Notes under the pieces: model-generated
Seen by the model: only the letters and a program-made list of their open reading frames with translations
Told to the model about the DNA's origin: nothing
The model's database searches: none
Position numbers and translations under genes: made by a program
NCBI GenBank assembly: GCA_963822445.1
Contig: CAWGHO010000002.1
Location: 2,208,001-2,272,000 of the forward strand
Length of the DNA stretch: 64,000 bases
Origin: an uncultured Acidobacteriota bacterium
GTDB taxonomy: Bacteria > Acidobacteriota > Thermoanaerobaculia > Gp7-AA8
Reading direction: 5' to 3'
In this document: positions 1 to 9,693 of the stretch, in pieces
Layout of the letters: the number at the start of each line of letters is the position of its first letter
Numbering within the stretch: position 1 is the stretch's first letter

Positions 1-368
1 CACGCGGTTTTCTGGGTTACGCCAAGGCCGCGATGCAGCTCATAGGAGCTAATACCGTTCTTGCAGTTGGTAAGCAGCCAGAAGGCCACAAGCCACTTAG
101 ACAGGCTAATCGGCGAGTCCTCGAAGATCGTGCCGACGCGAACGGAAAACTGCTTCTTGCAGCTCTTGCACTTCCACAGCTTGCGCGTAGAGATGAAGCT
201 GTGCTCACTGCCATTGCAGAACGGGCAGAACACGCCGTCAGGCCAGCGGAGTTCAACAGCGAAAGCGTGAGCTACATCACTGTCCGCGAAATAGATCACC
301 GTCTCTTGAAGAGTGCGCGGGACGTACGGTTCACCGTCTTTGCGCTCAATGACTTTCTTCTTAGGCAT
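1..368 (-). CDS. IS1595-family transposase, N-terminal part (runs off window)
   Basis: Not in ORF track. Manual translation from ATG 368: MPKKKV...ELRWPDGVFCPFCNG...WKCKSCKKQFSVRVGTIFEDSPISLSKW...KNGISSYELHRGLGVTQKTAW, the Zn-ribbon plus HTH typical of IS1595 transposases. Confidence 0.85.
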   Translation of the reverse strand, partial: MPKKKVIERKDGEPYVPRTLQETVIYFADSDVAHAFAVELRWPDGVFCPFCNGSEHSFISTRKLWKCKSCKKQFSVRVGTIFEDSPISLSKWLVAFWLLTNCKNGISSYELHRGLGVTQKTA

Positions 369-415
369 ACGGACAATATAGGTCCGTTTTTGGGTGAGTC
401 AAGTATATTCTTGCC
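1..415 (-). mobile_element. IS1595-family element, one end; putative terminal IR about 391-415
   Basis: Transposase start plus minus-strand GGCAAGAATATACTTGACTCACC end motif; the other end is outside the window. Confidence 0.6.
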
Positions 416-432
416 GTAGTTAGGCCGCGGCT

Positions 433-1083
433 TTACCTACGCCTGCTGGGAACGCCCGCTCGCGCCATTACACGGAGAATACGGCCGCGTGTGTAACGTT
501 GGAGAAGCACCGGATATACATGCACGAGAACATTAGCGACACCGAGATAGGTCGCCCAGCCATGCCATTCAATCTGCCAAGCAAACAGCGATGTGACCGT
601 GCCCACGAGCAACAGCACTACGTGGCTTTTCTCACTGAGCTTGGTGCGTTCTACGAAAGCGGCCGCGTAAGCTCGGTTAGCTATGATTCGGAAGCTAGGT
701 TGGCGATAGCGACGCCAACGATTTGCCAGGTCGCCGTCAGGGACGAAGTGCCGGAATGCCCTGACACCAATTAGTTCGTAAAGACGCCCGCTCCGCTCGA
801 ACCCCCGTATCCGAAAATACGCTGGAGGAAGCCACCACGGCGTCAGACAGGTAGCGAACACCAGTATGAACACGACGAGCGATGGGGCCACGTCTCCCGC
901 AGGATAGTCGAACGGCCGGAGCGGCCCCCAGACATAGAGCCAAAACATCAGAACTGGGGCCAGCCAGCCGCCGGCCATCAGCGCGAACGGTATGACATTC
1001 ACCCCGTCCGTTTCATTCGAAAAGGTGGGTTGCGCAGTAGTGAGCTTCCACGCGACGTGATCCCTCTCGTCGGCTTCGTTCAA
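433..1083 (-). CDS. Membrane protein, CrtO/glycosyl-diaponeurosporenoate acyltransferase-like (cassette)
   Basis: TM segments; motifs YELIGVRAFR, TKLSEKSH, VLLQRYTRGR; true start may be further downstream. Confidence 0.6.
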   Translation of the reverse strand: MNEADERDHVAWKLTTAQPTFSNETDGVNVIPFALMAGGWLAPVLMFWLYVWGPLRPFDYPAGDVAPSLVVFILVFATCLTPWWLPPAYFRIRGFERSGRLYELIGVRAFRHFVPDGDLANRWRRYRQPSFRIIANRAYAAAFVERTKLSEKSHVVLLLVGTVTSLFAWQIEWHGWATYLGVANVLVHVYPVLLQRYTRGRILRVMARAGVPSRRR

Positions 1084-1177
1084 GCTCTGCCGTCCATCTC
1101 GATATCTCGCTTCACGGAATGGAAGTGTAGCGGAGACGGCGCGGGGAGGTTGCTTTAGCTGCCCGCTGTTTTCGTCG

Positions 1178-1376
1178 GCCTAACTACTGCCAGGAGCTGT
1201 CGGCGGGCTGGCTCCGTGGCCCGTCGGCCGAGCCGACTCGGCCGACTCCAAGTTGCGCGGCGTCACGGCCGTGGCAGATCGCTCCTGCCTACAAAGGCGT
1301 TGGTCGCGGCAACGGCCGCGCCGCTCTGCTGGTTGCGCCGGTGAACCCGCCGCAGCTCAGGCGATAGACGTTAGGC
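1178..1376 (+). repeat. attC-like site 1 (199 bp, subtype A)
   Basis: GCCTAAC-TACTG-CCAGGAGC ... GCTCAGG-CGATAGAC-GTTAGGC. Confidence 0.9.
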
Positions 1377-1623
1377 CGACGAATGACGATTGGCGTGACG
1401 GCGCGCTTTCCATGAGGCTCCGCGTACCGGGATGCTCGCCGCAAGCCAGATAAACTACCGCGTCAGTTGGAGCGTGTTAGGCCGGCAGACAACACGCGCA
1501 ATGGAATGCCGACTTCGCCCATGCGTCGTCGTACGTAAGCTTGGTCTGAGCACCCTGAACGGTGCAGGGTGCCAGACACGAGTGGTATAACAGGGACACG
1601 ACCGACGACAAAGGAGTTCTGAC

Positions 1624-1824
1624 ATGAGCACACGAGCAATGATGGTTTTTCGCGGTTGGCTAATGCTGTCACCACAAGAGCGAGCTGAGGTGCTCCAACG
1701 TATTCATGCCTATATGAATGCCTCCCAGCAGCAGCAGGCACAAATCGAACAGAGCCTCGGATTGCCGCCATCGCATTCACGCAATCCGGATGCATGTCCA
1801 TGTTGCGGGAGGCTCGGTATTTAG
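1624..1824 (+). CDS. Small protein with C-terminal CPCCG motif (cassette)
   Basis: AAGGAG RBS upstream; paralog at 2031. Confidence 0.75.
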   Translation: MSTRAMMVFRGWLMLSPQERAEVLQRIHAYMNASQQQQAQIEQSLGLPPSHSRNPDACPCCGRLGI

Positions 1825-2030
1825 TCGATATGCGCAGATCGCGTCACCCGTCCTCTGCGCGTTTGGACAAAGTGTTGAGCCGGCACGGCGCTTGCCATCC
1901 GCATCGTCAACACTAGCTCGATGCGGTTCTGCCGCGCCGACTCATGCTGGGATGTTCTCGAAGTGTAATGTTTGAGTGGCAGGGTTATGACTGTGACCCC
2001 CGCATCCACCCTTGAATGAGAGGAGGATTT

Positions 2031-2237
2031 GTGAATGGACGCACCGCACTCGTGACAATTGGTTATGTACGTCTGTCACGCGATGAGCAGCAGACCGTCT
2101 TAGAGGTTGCGGCTGAGTTTGCTGCGGTTGCGCCACACCAGCGCGAGCCCTTTATGGCATCGCTTCAAGTTACGCTGTCAAACGACACCTCAGGAACCGA
2201 TCGGTATTGCCCGTGCTGCGGCCATTTGCGTGGGTAA
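2031..2237 (+). CDS. Small protein with C-terminal CPCCG motif, paralog of 1624-1824
   Basis: AGGAGG RBS then GTG 2031; N-terminus aligns ungapped with upstream ORF. Confidence 0.75.
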   Translation: MNGRTALVTIGYVRLSRDEQQTVLEVAAEFAAVAPHQREPFMASLQVTLSNDTSGTDRYCPCCGHLRG

Positions 2238-2417
2238 GTTTCGTTATGTTCCCTATACCGTGGCGAGCGCCGGCCTTCTAAGTGACTGCTCGTATTTGTT
2301 GAAACAAGGATCGCATTTTCACCCAGCACCGGACAAAAAGCGTGGGAAATGGACAAAAATAGTCAAAATTAACCGTCAGTTAGTTGCTTCGTTGTAGCTC
2401 GGCGGAGCCGGGTGGCG

Positions 2418-2614
2418 GCCTAACTCCTGCCAGCAGCGGATGGCGGGCCGTTCGCCGCTCTCGGGCCTGAAGGCCCTTTTCTCTGCCGAGACGCACGGCG
2501 TCACACCGCTTGCAGATCGCGCCCGCCGGCTTGACTCTGGTTGCGGCAAGCGGCGCGCCGCTGCCGCCGCATGCACGCGGGGCCTCGCCACCGCTGAGGC
2601 GATCAACGTTAGGC
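2418..2614 (+). repeat. attC-like site 2 (197 bp, divergent)
   Basis: GCCTAAC...CCAGCAGCGG / CCGCTGAGG...GTTAGGC. Confidence 0.85.
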
Positions 2615-2868
2615 CGACGTTTCCACAGTTTCCGTGACGGCACGCTTTCCATGAGACTTCGCGTACCTGCTCGCTCAGGGCAAACGGTCATCGCCGTCGC
2701 TGGAGCGCGTAAGTCCGACCGCGCGCAACCTAAACTCGGCGACTTTCTACTCGTTGGCCATCAGCGGAAAATCCTTATCACGCCCGACATGGGCTCAGAA
2801 GTTAGCCAAAGCGCTCGCAGCATTCCAGAAGAAGCTATTCTGAATTTTCCGCCCATTCGCGTTGTCGC

Positions 2869-3519
2869 TTGGCGAACGCTATACTTCTCTCCAAGGACAG
2901 TACCGGTGAGCGACGATCGCGAACACGGCACGCGTATTCCCTCAAGCAGGCGATTGCTCGCACTCCTCGTCGGCACACGACCTATGGGGGTATAGACGAA
3001 ATGGCTGGTCAGGTCCGCAATCTCACCTCAGTCGTCGACGTTCTCAAACGTCACTGTGCACGAATACTGGAACCTGATGACGACACACTAACCTCCATGC
3101 AGAAAGAGGCTCGTCGTGTCGCACTAACCAAAGACATGAAGAAAATTGGCCTGTCGTTTAGCATCGACCACGACATCGATGCGATTACATTCATCTGGTC
3201 ACGGGCACTGAGCGTAATGGACACTGGAACAATTAACGACGTCCTCCCTGTGGGCGACTACCCCATTCACCTCTCCCTGAGCGAGCAAGTGACGGTGCGT
3301 TTCGAACCTAGAAGTCTCGGCGATTGGTCCGAACGGCATAGAGTTGGCAACCGCAAGTTCGCCGATCTCAAGAAGGGGGATTTGTACGAGTTTCACGGTG
3401 TGACCCGATACGGTCGCTGCTACGTCAAGCAAGGACTCGAAGGCAGTTTTGTTTTTGACGTCGAGGCGCGTGGTCTCGCCGCATTCTTCGGAGGTCTCCT
3501 AGCAGCTCCTGGCCAATAA
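2869..3519 (+). CDS. Hypothetical cassette protein (start uncertain)
   Basis: Longest ORF in cassette, lower GC than the host region, ends before attC3. Confidence 0.55.
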   Translation: MANAILLSKDSTGERRSRTRHAYSLKQAIARTPRRHTTYGGIDEMAGQVRNLTSVVDVLKRHCARILEPDDDTLTSMQKEARRVALTKDMKKIGLSFSIDHDIDAITFIWSRALSVMDTGTINDVLPVGDYPIHLSLSEQVTVRFEPRSLGDWSERHRVGNRKFADLKKGDLYEFHGVTRYGRCYVKQGLEGSFVFDVEARGLAAFFGGLLAAPGQ

Positions 3520-3643
3520 CTGGTTGCATTGAAAGCGTACCGTCGTGACGTCAGGTCGAGAGCTATCTTTCACGCGCAAGGTTCGTCCCGTCTGTACCGA
3601 CAAGACTGGTTCCTGGCCATCAACCAACCTGTTCCGGTCGGCG

Positions 3644-3840
3644 GCCTAACTACTGCCAGAAGCTGGCACGGCCCGGCTTCGGTCCGGCGGCCGAGCCGCC
3701 TACATCATCGCCAGTCGGACGGCGTCACGGCGGTTGCAGATCGGCAGGCGTTGCATGCAACTTCTCGCCGGCAACCACCGCGCCGCTCTGGCTTCGGCAC
3801 GTGGGCCCTGGCCGTGCAGCTTAGGCGATAGACGTTAGGT
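3644..3840 (+). repeat. attC-like site 3 (197 bp, subtype B); IS481 inserted in its R' core
   Basis: GCCTAAC...CCAGAAGC / GCTTAGG...GTTAGG. Confidence 0.9.
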
Positions 3841-4873
3841 GTGATGTGTCAGGACGTTGTTCCTTGAAGCGGGTTGTCCATCCGGGCGACTTTCGTCAAT
3901 CTGAAAGCTCTCAAACGAACAGGTTGACAGGAAGGAACCCAGATGGACGTGCACAAGAATGCGCGAAGCTGCCCGTTGAGTCGAGCACTGCTGGTCAAAC
4001 GAGTCTGCGAACAAGGATGGTCGGTGCGCGAGGCGTCGGAGGCCGCCGGTATGAGTGACCGGCGAGGGCGGGAGTGGATCCGTCGTGGTCTGAGGGTCGA
4101 GCCGCTTAACGATCGGAGCTCCAGACCGCACAGGGGCCGGGCCACGAGCGACATAAAACGACAGCGTGTTCTGAGTCTTCGCCGCGAATGGCGGACTGTG
4201 CGACAGATCGCGCAGGCAGTGGGCGTGAGTGCGTCGACAGCAGCGCGGATCTGCCGGTCAGCAGGGCTGGCTCGGTTGCGTCAGCTTGAGCCGGCAACAG
4301 TGCCAATTCGGTACGAGAAGGAGCGTCCGGGGGAACTGGTGCACATCGACATCAAGCGCCTGGGACGGTTCAATCGAGTGGGACACCGCATCACCAGGCG
4401 TCGATCGTTTGGCTCAAAGAAGCAGGGCTTCGAGTTCGTGTACGTCGCGACGGATGACTTCACCCGACTCTCCTACGTCGACGTCCTGGCAGATGAGCGT
4501 AGCGAGACTGCCAGCTCGTTTTTGACTCGGGCGGTGGCGTGGTTCGCTCAGCGGAATGTCATCGTCGAGCGGGTGATGACCGACAACGGATCGGCCTTCA
4601 TCTCACGCGACTTCCGGGATACCTGCAGCCGCCTGAACCTCACTCACGTCCGCATCCGGCCGTACACACCACGGACGAACGGTAAAGCGGAGCGGTTCAT
4701 CCAGACGCTGCTGCGCGAATGGGCCTATCGGTTCTCGTACCACAGCTCCGAGGAACGGCGCCGTTGGCTCGCACCGTACCTTCACTTCTACAACTACCAC
4801 CGAGCGCATACCGCGCTCTCTTACAATCCACCCATCAGTCGCCTGGATCGGAACAACGTCCTGAGACGCAACA
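3840..4873 (+). mobile_element. IS481-family element, copy 1
   Basis: IRs TGTGATGTGTCAGGACGTTGTTCC / GGAACAACGTCCTGAGACGCAACA; flanked by GTTAG(G) direct repeats. Confidence 0.93.
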
Positions 4874-4878
4874 GTTAG
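3943..4878 (+). CDS. IS481-family DDE transposase
   Basis: HKNAR N-terminus, PGELVHIDIK, VMTDNG, RPYTPRTNGKAERF. Confidence 0.95.
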   Translation: MDVHKNARSCPLSRALLVKRVCEQGWSVREASEAAGMSDRRGREWIRRGLRVEPLNDRSSRPHRGRATSDIKRQRVLSLRREWRTVRQIAQAVGVSASTAARICRSAGLARLRQLEPATVPIRYEKERPGELVHIDIKRLGRFNRVGHRITRRRSFGSKKQGFEFVYVATDDFTRLSYVDVLADERSETASSFLTRAVAWFAQRNVIVERVMTDNGSAFISRDFRDTCSRLNLTHVRIRPYTPRTNGKAERFIQTLLREWAYRFSYHSSEERRRWLAPYLHFYNYHRAHTALSYNPPISRLDRNNVLRRNS

Positions 4879-5048
4879 GCGGCCGGAAAGCCAATCACGC
4901 GGCGGCGCCGGCACGGGAACCAAAGCGACAGATCCTGGCTTCGTTTTCGAGGTCCGCGGGCTGATATGACTCGCACGTGGTTCTCCATCGGCCGACCCAT
5001 TCCACGATCATCGGGTCCATGCGCCAATATCAAATGTAGACTATCCAA

Positions 5049-5762
5049 ATGAGCGCGAATGACTCATTGGAGGATCGCATCAACGATATCGCTGTCTCTG
5101 TGACGAAGGGTGCGGTTGGTGCGATCCCGTTTGTGGGCGGTCTGATGGCTGAAATCATTGGCCAGGTAGTCCCTAACCAGCGACTTGACCGGATCGCTGA
5201 TTTTGCGCGCGCTCTTGCCGCCCGACTCCAGCACATCGAACAGAACGTCTTAGCGCAAGCACTCAACACGCCTGAGGGATTGGATACTCTGGAAGATGGC
5301 TTCGTCGCAGCATCCCGGACGCTAACAGCAGAACGCCGTGCACGGCTTGCAGGGGCGGTCGCGAAGACGTTGACAAGTGCTGATGTCGATCATGTTTACA
5401 AGAAACGACTACTGCAGCTTTCGAGCGGGCTAAGCGACGCGGAGCTGATCATGCTTCAGGCGGTAGAAATGTACGGTCGCAACGCAATTGACGTCGAGTT
5501 TGCGGCCCGCCATGAGCTGATACTTCGCGGCCCAGCCTATCGCGTTGATACCCGGAAAGAAGATCAAGCAGAGTACATACGGCACGAGAGTCTCGTGCAG
5601 AACCTGCTCTCCCACAAGCTCGTTTCGCCGTTCGCCAACGCAAATATGGTAGTCGGTATGTCCGTGCCGCCGCTATTCGCGGATGGAACGTGGCAAGCGA
5701 ACTATGAGATTACTCCCTTGGGTCGGGACGTGCTCGCTGTGATAACTGATGCGCCGCTGTAG
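5049..5762 (+). CDS. Hypothetical cassette protein, Abi-alpha/DUF4393-like
   Basis: GAVGAIPFVGG N-terminus, LSDAELIML, C-terminal ITPLGRDVL winged-helix-like ending; family call from motif recall only. Confidence 0.55.
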   Translation: MSANDSLEDRINDIAVSVTKGAVGAIPFVGGLMAEIIGQVVPNQRLDRIADFARALAARLQHIEQNVLAQALNTPEGLDTLEDGFVAASRTLTAERRARLAGAVAKTLTSADVDHVYKKRLLQLSSGLSDAELIMLQAVEMYGRNAIDVEFAARHELILRGPAYRVDTRKEDQAEYIRHESLVQNLLSHKLVSPFANANMVVGMSVPPLFADGTWQANYEITPLGRDVLAVITDAPL

Positions 5763-5770
5763 CCGCCGCC

Positions 5771-5971
5771 GCCTAACTACTGCCAGGAGCTGTCGGCGGG
5801 CCGTTTGCCGCGCCCGGCGCTGAAGCGCCTCGTTCGGCGTCGAATGGCCGGCGGCACGCCGGCCGACATGCTCTCGCGCCGCTGGTCGCGGCGCGACTTG
5901 CTGCAGCCGTCGCGCCGCGCGAACCGCTCGCACGCGGGGCCTCGCCGCAGCTCAGGCGATAGACGTTAGGC
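5771..5971 (+). repeat. attC-like site 4 (201 bp, subtype C)
   Basis: GCCTAAC...GTTAGGC with L boxes. Confidence 0.9.
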
Positions 5972-6022
5972 GGACGAACCGGTGGACTCCCGTCACCAAT
6001 GAGACGACGCTATACTCGATCC

Positions 6023-6766
6023 ATGAGACTCCTGCTCGGTCTTCTCGCCACCGTGATGCTTTCGGCATGTACTTCGACACCCGTGAACGGCTCAGCGCAG
6101 AGCGTCGCCACGCGCCGTGTGGCGATTGAGGACGCGATCTTCACGTACGTTCCGAGGTCCACCAATGATGCCTCCACTCTCCCGACCGGTGTAATCTACG
6201 CCGGTCTGGATGTGGACGGGTCGCAGCTATTCCTGTGTCGCGCAGCATGGGCTAATGGCGTTCATCCCGGAAAAACGTGGGACCGACCGCACGCGACGTG
6301 TAACATCGGGTATGGCGGGGGTGAAGTGGCGGTTCCGACGTTTGAAGTGCCAATCGTCCGCCGGAAATTCGCCGCCAACGAAGTATTCTGGGACTGCGTC
6401 GGGGAAGGAACCCCGGGCAGCCCTCATGTGTTTAATTGGTCTCGGTATGTCGTCGGGGGTCACGAAAACAACGGCACGCTGGGCTATTGCTTAGCCAGTT
6501 ACAGTGACAATGATGGCGGACTATGCCCGGAGGACGCGAAGTCTCGACTTGTGCCTGGCAAGTTGCTGCCTGGACCGGTCGGCTCTGACGCACCGCGTTG
6601 CTACTTTGGACTTTTTGGTCAGGAGCAGCAAAGAACAGTGTTCACGTATATGCTTTATAGCTGTTGTTTCGCTAGCCAAAACGCAGCTACATGCCAAGGA
6701 GACCGGCCCAATCGACCGTGTTCGGCTGAAGATGTGTCCGGTTATGCGCTAGCGTCAAAACCGTAG
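6023..6766 (+). CDS. Lipoprotein with DM9/DUF3421 repeats (cassette)
   Basis: Lipobox LSAC; LFLCRA...GVHPGK...CNIGYGGGE and a second LVPGK...CYFGLFGQE repeat. Confidence 0.75.
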   Translation: MRLLLGLLATVMLSACTSTPVNGSAQSVATRRVAIEDAIFTYVPRSTNDASTLPTGVIYAGLDVDGSQLFLCRAAWANGVHPGKTWDRPHATCNIGYGGGEVAVPTFEVPIVRRKFAANEVFWDCVGEGTPGSPHVFNWSRYVVGGHENNGTLGYCLASYSDNDGGLCPEDAKSRLVPGKLLPGPVGSDAPRCYFGLFGQEQQRTVFTYMLYSCCFASQNAATCQGDRPNRPCSAEDVSGYALASKP

Positions 6767-6791
6767 GTGATCAAGCCCGCGAGCATCCGCC

Positions 6792-6990
6792 GCCTAACTA
6801 CTGCCAGGAGCTGTCGGCGGGCTTGCTCCGTGGCCCGTCGGCCGAGCCGACTCGGCCGACTCAAACCTGCGCGGCGTCACGTCCGTTGCAGTTCGCTCCT
6901 GCCGTCAAAGGCGTTGGTCGCGGCAACGGCCGCGCCGCTCTGCTGGTTGCGCCGTTGAACCCGCCGCAGCTCAGGCGATAGACGTTGGGC
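6792..6990 (+). repeat. attC-like site 5 (199 bp, subtype A)
   Basis: Closely similar to site 1; ends GTTGGGC. Confidence 0.9.
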
Positions 6991-7275
6991 GGACCCGGCG
7001 CGAAACGTAGGCCGGACTTCTATTTACGCGTTGGCAGTCGCGCCGACAGAAGCGGCGTAGCCGCGCGCCAAGGCGTCCGCCGCCATTTTCGTCGTGGTAC
7101 CCGCCCGCCCACCGGCTGCTCGCACCAGCAGCGCGCGCGGGGCACGATCTGCGTAGGCCAGTGACCACAAAACTCGAGACGCACTGACGTAGCGGGCCTT
7201 CGGCCACGCGCGCTTCGCGTCGTGCACCATTTGCCGCGCGCGCTGCTCCCAGCGCGCAAAGCTGTGCGTGTGGCC
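6985..7275. other. ORF-less cassette, copy 1
   Basis: About 290 bp between attC sites; homologous to 14791-15089; no conserved long ORF. Confidence 0.75.
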
Positions 7276-7464
7276 GCCCAACAACTCACAGCAGCTGTCG
7301 CGGCCCGGCTTCGGCCCGGCGCTGAAGCGCCTGGGCCGAACAGTACCGTCGCGGCGGCACGCCGGCCGCAATTCGGTTCATTCGTTAATCGCCGGCAGCC
7401 GGCGCGCCGCGCTGCCGTAGCCACGCAGGCCCTGGCCGCGCAGCTGAGTGAGATGACGTTAGCC
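7276..7464 (+). repeat. attC-like site 6 (189 bp, subtype D)
   Basis: GCCCAAC-AACTC-ACAGCAGC ... GCTGAGT-GAGATGAC-GTTAGCC. Confidence 0.88.
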
Positions 7465-7569
7465 GGACCGAGATAGGGTGGGGGAACTCAGGAGAACTCC
7501 GGGCGGGAGGGAAAAGTGCGCACGCGGCCCTCCTACTCATGGGCAGATGAGCTGCCAAGGAGAGAATAT

Positions 7570-8406
7570 ATGCGCCAGGTGTATGCCGCGATCTTCATCA
7601 TTCTCATGACCGGTAGCGTGGTAGCTGCCGAGAAATCCTCGACCGAAAAACCGTCGACAATTTTCGTGCGCGAGTGCAAGGCACTCACGAAAACCTTGCC
7701 GGATCTTGCGCTGCCGTGCACGGATTTCGTGAAGGGCAAGTCGGACGAAACTATACGCGCCTATTTGGCAATGATTCAGAGCGCGCAACAGCAGTTGGTA
7801 GCGCAAGGCCCGGAACTCGCTCAGTCCATCATGAAGGGCTGTATGGCGAATACGGTGGCTGAGAAGCCCGACTTAGGCGGTCTGCTCTTTTGCCTGCGAA
7901 TTCGTCGGAACGGAACCGATCTTGAGAAGCTCTCCAAGGGAGAGGGTTCGTGGGGCGAGTATGCAAAACTGGCCAACGACGCATCGAAACCAGTGCCGTC
8001 GTATCCTGTAGAGGACACAGCGCAATCGGAGAAGCAGCGCGCCGCGGTTCGTCAGGCTGTCGTATATGCGTGTGTAAAAGAGGGAGATGGGTATGTCCGC
8101 GCACTCTGCGGGGCTGTAGCCGCTCATGAGGCATTTGCATCGCGGCCATTCGGAGACAATGGGGAATTGGCCAAAGCTTTCGACACCGTCTTGAAAGTTT
8201 ATGCGATCACCGAGGCGCCGAAGCAAGCGATTCAGGCGGAGGTCAAAGAGATACTTCAGCGCGCAGGCTTCAACGATCAGGTCGCCCAGGCGGTGGCGAA
8301 TCCACAGAAGGGAGTCGAGGAAGGCGCCAAGCATGTCGCGGGTGAGGCACAAAAGGCCGGCGAGGCGGTTGCGAAGGCAATCCAATGCATTTTCGGGTGT
8401 GGATAG
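7570..8406 (+). CDS. Secreted Cys-containing hypothetical protein (cassette)
   Basis: AAGGAG RBS; signal peptide MRQVYAAIFIILMTGSVVAA. Confidence 0.75.
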   Translation: MRQVYAAIFIILMTGSVVAAEKSSTEKPSTIFVRECKALTKTLPDLALPCTDFVKGKSDETIRAYLAMIQSAQQQLVAQGPELAQSIMKGCMANTVAEKPDLGGLLFCLRIRRNGTDLEKLSKGEGSWGEYAKLANDASKPVPSYPVEDTAQSEKQRAAVRQAVVYACVKEGDGYVRALCGAVAAHEAFASRPFGDNGELAKAFDTVLKVYAITEAPKQAIQAEVKEILQRAGFNDQVAQAVANPQKGVEEGAKHVAGEAQKAGEAVAKAIQCIFGCG

Positions 8407-8426
8407 GTGTGCTGAAGCACGGGGCC

Positions 8427-8623
8427 GGCTAACTACTGCCAGAAGCTGGCACGGCCCGGCTTCGGTCCGGCGGCCGAGCCGCCTGCATCATCGCCAGCGG
8501 CACGGCGTCACGGCGGTTGCAAATCGGCAGGCGTTGCATGCAACTTCTCGCCGGCAACCGCCGCGCCGCACGGGCTTCGGCACGTGGGCCCTGGCCGTGC
8601 AGCTTAGGCGATAGACGTTAGCC
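8427..8623 (+). repeat. attC-like site 7 (197 bp, subtype B)
   Basis: GGCTAAC...GTTAGCC. Confidence 0.9.
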
Positions 8624-8664
8624 GGACGACGGGGAGACAGATAGGAACGTTATACTGATGACGC

Positions 8665-9693
8665 TTGAAGCTTTTCTATAGTTATTCATCGTCCGATGAG
8701 TCGTTCAGAAGCGAGTTCGAAGACCACCTTTCGTTACTCAAACGCGACGGCCTTCTGGAAACGTGGTCATTTCGAAATATCAGTGCTGGTTCAGATTGGG
8801 AGCGCGAGATCGACGACCGCCTTGCGATTGCCGACATCGCGCTCCTTTTGGTCAGTGCCAGTTTCATCGCGTCGAGATACTGCTGGGAGGTTGAACTGCG
8901 TCACGCGATCAAACGAGTGGACCGTGGCGAGATGCTCCTCATACCGGTTGTCATTCGCCCATGTGATTGGCAAACGGCACCGTTCGCCCGCTTCCAGGCT
9001 TTACCGGACGGCGCGAAGCCTGTCACATCGTGGCGTCCGCGTGACCGAGCGTGGGCGAATGTGGCAGCCGGGCTTCGAAACTTGATCGAAGCGAAGAGAA
9101 ATCCAACTGCTGCAACGACGGCTATTCACAATTCAGAGATGGGCAAACGTCAGATTGCGCAGGCGTTTCAACAGGCCCGTGAAGCCACTGATCACGCAGA
9201 TAGGCGTCATAAGCGCCTCGTGCGACAGGTAAACGAGCGTCGCATGAACCTGTTGACTGAATTGCCGCATCTACATAACGCAGTGGCGCAGCTCGTTGCG
9301 CATATCGCGCCAGAATTCGCGCCGACGCTGTCGATCGAGGGCGAACGGCTGACGATTGTGAGAGATCGAATACGTATGGTGGTTGAGCCTTCCGACAGCG
9401 GCCATAACTTAACGGTGACATTGGCGCGGTATGATAGCTCCAACGGTATTACGTTTCTAGGAATTGAAGTGATGGTGCATACAGTGATGTTACTTCGGAA
9501 CGTGACCAGAAAGTGGCGCGTGGAGACCGAGCACGTTTGGCGCCGGGAACTGACCGATAATGTTGAGACTTGGATATGGAGTCACGCGACGAGAGAACTG
9601 AAGGCGAACACCGAAGAGCTAGCGAGTCTGCTGCTTAGACGGTTTGCAGATCGCTGCGCAGGTCTCACGAACCCGGATAATGCCGCCGGCTAA
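8665..9693 (+). CDS. TIR-domain protein with unknown C-terminal region (cassette)
   Basis: LFYSYS, LLLVSASFIASRYCWEVEL, IPVVIRPCDW; stop TAA lies within the R'' box. Confidence 0.88.
   Translation: MKLFYSYSSSDESFRSEFEDHLSLLKRDGLLETWSFRNISAGSDWEREIDDRLAIADIALLLVSASFIASRYCWEVELRHAIKRVDRGEMLLIPVVIRPCDWQTAPFARFQALPDGAKPVTSWRPRDRAWANVAAGLRNLIEAKRNPTAATTAIHNSEMGKRQIAQAFQQAREATDHADRRHKRLVRQVNERRMNLLTELPHLHNAVAQLVAHIAPEFAPTLSIEGERLTIVRDRIRMVVEPSDSGHNLTVTLARYDSSNGITFLGIEVMVHTVMLLRNVTRKWRVETEHVWRRELTDNVETWIWSHATRELKANTEELASLLLRRFADRCAGLTNPDNAAG

Noticed and set aside
33-419. 128-aa plus-strand ORF
   Set aside because: Antisense shadow of the IS1595 transposase.
1476-1482. Extra GTTAGGC as an additional attC
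   Set aside because: No matching R''/L boxes upstream; it belongs to the shared leader.
3529-3831. Recurrent LTTARSW... ORFs (also in the ORFs at 6767, 8201, 14484, 17029)
   Set aside because: Translations of the GC-rich attC repeat with no conserved start or RBS.
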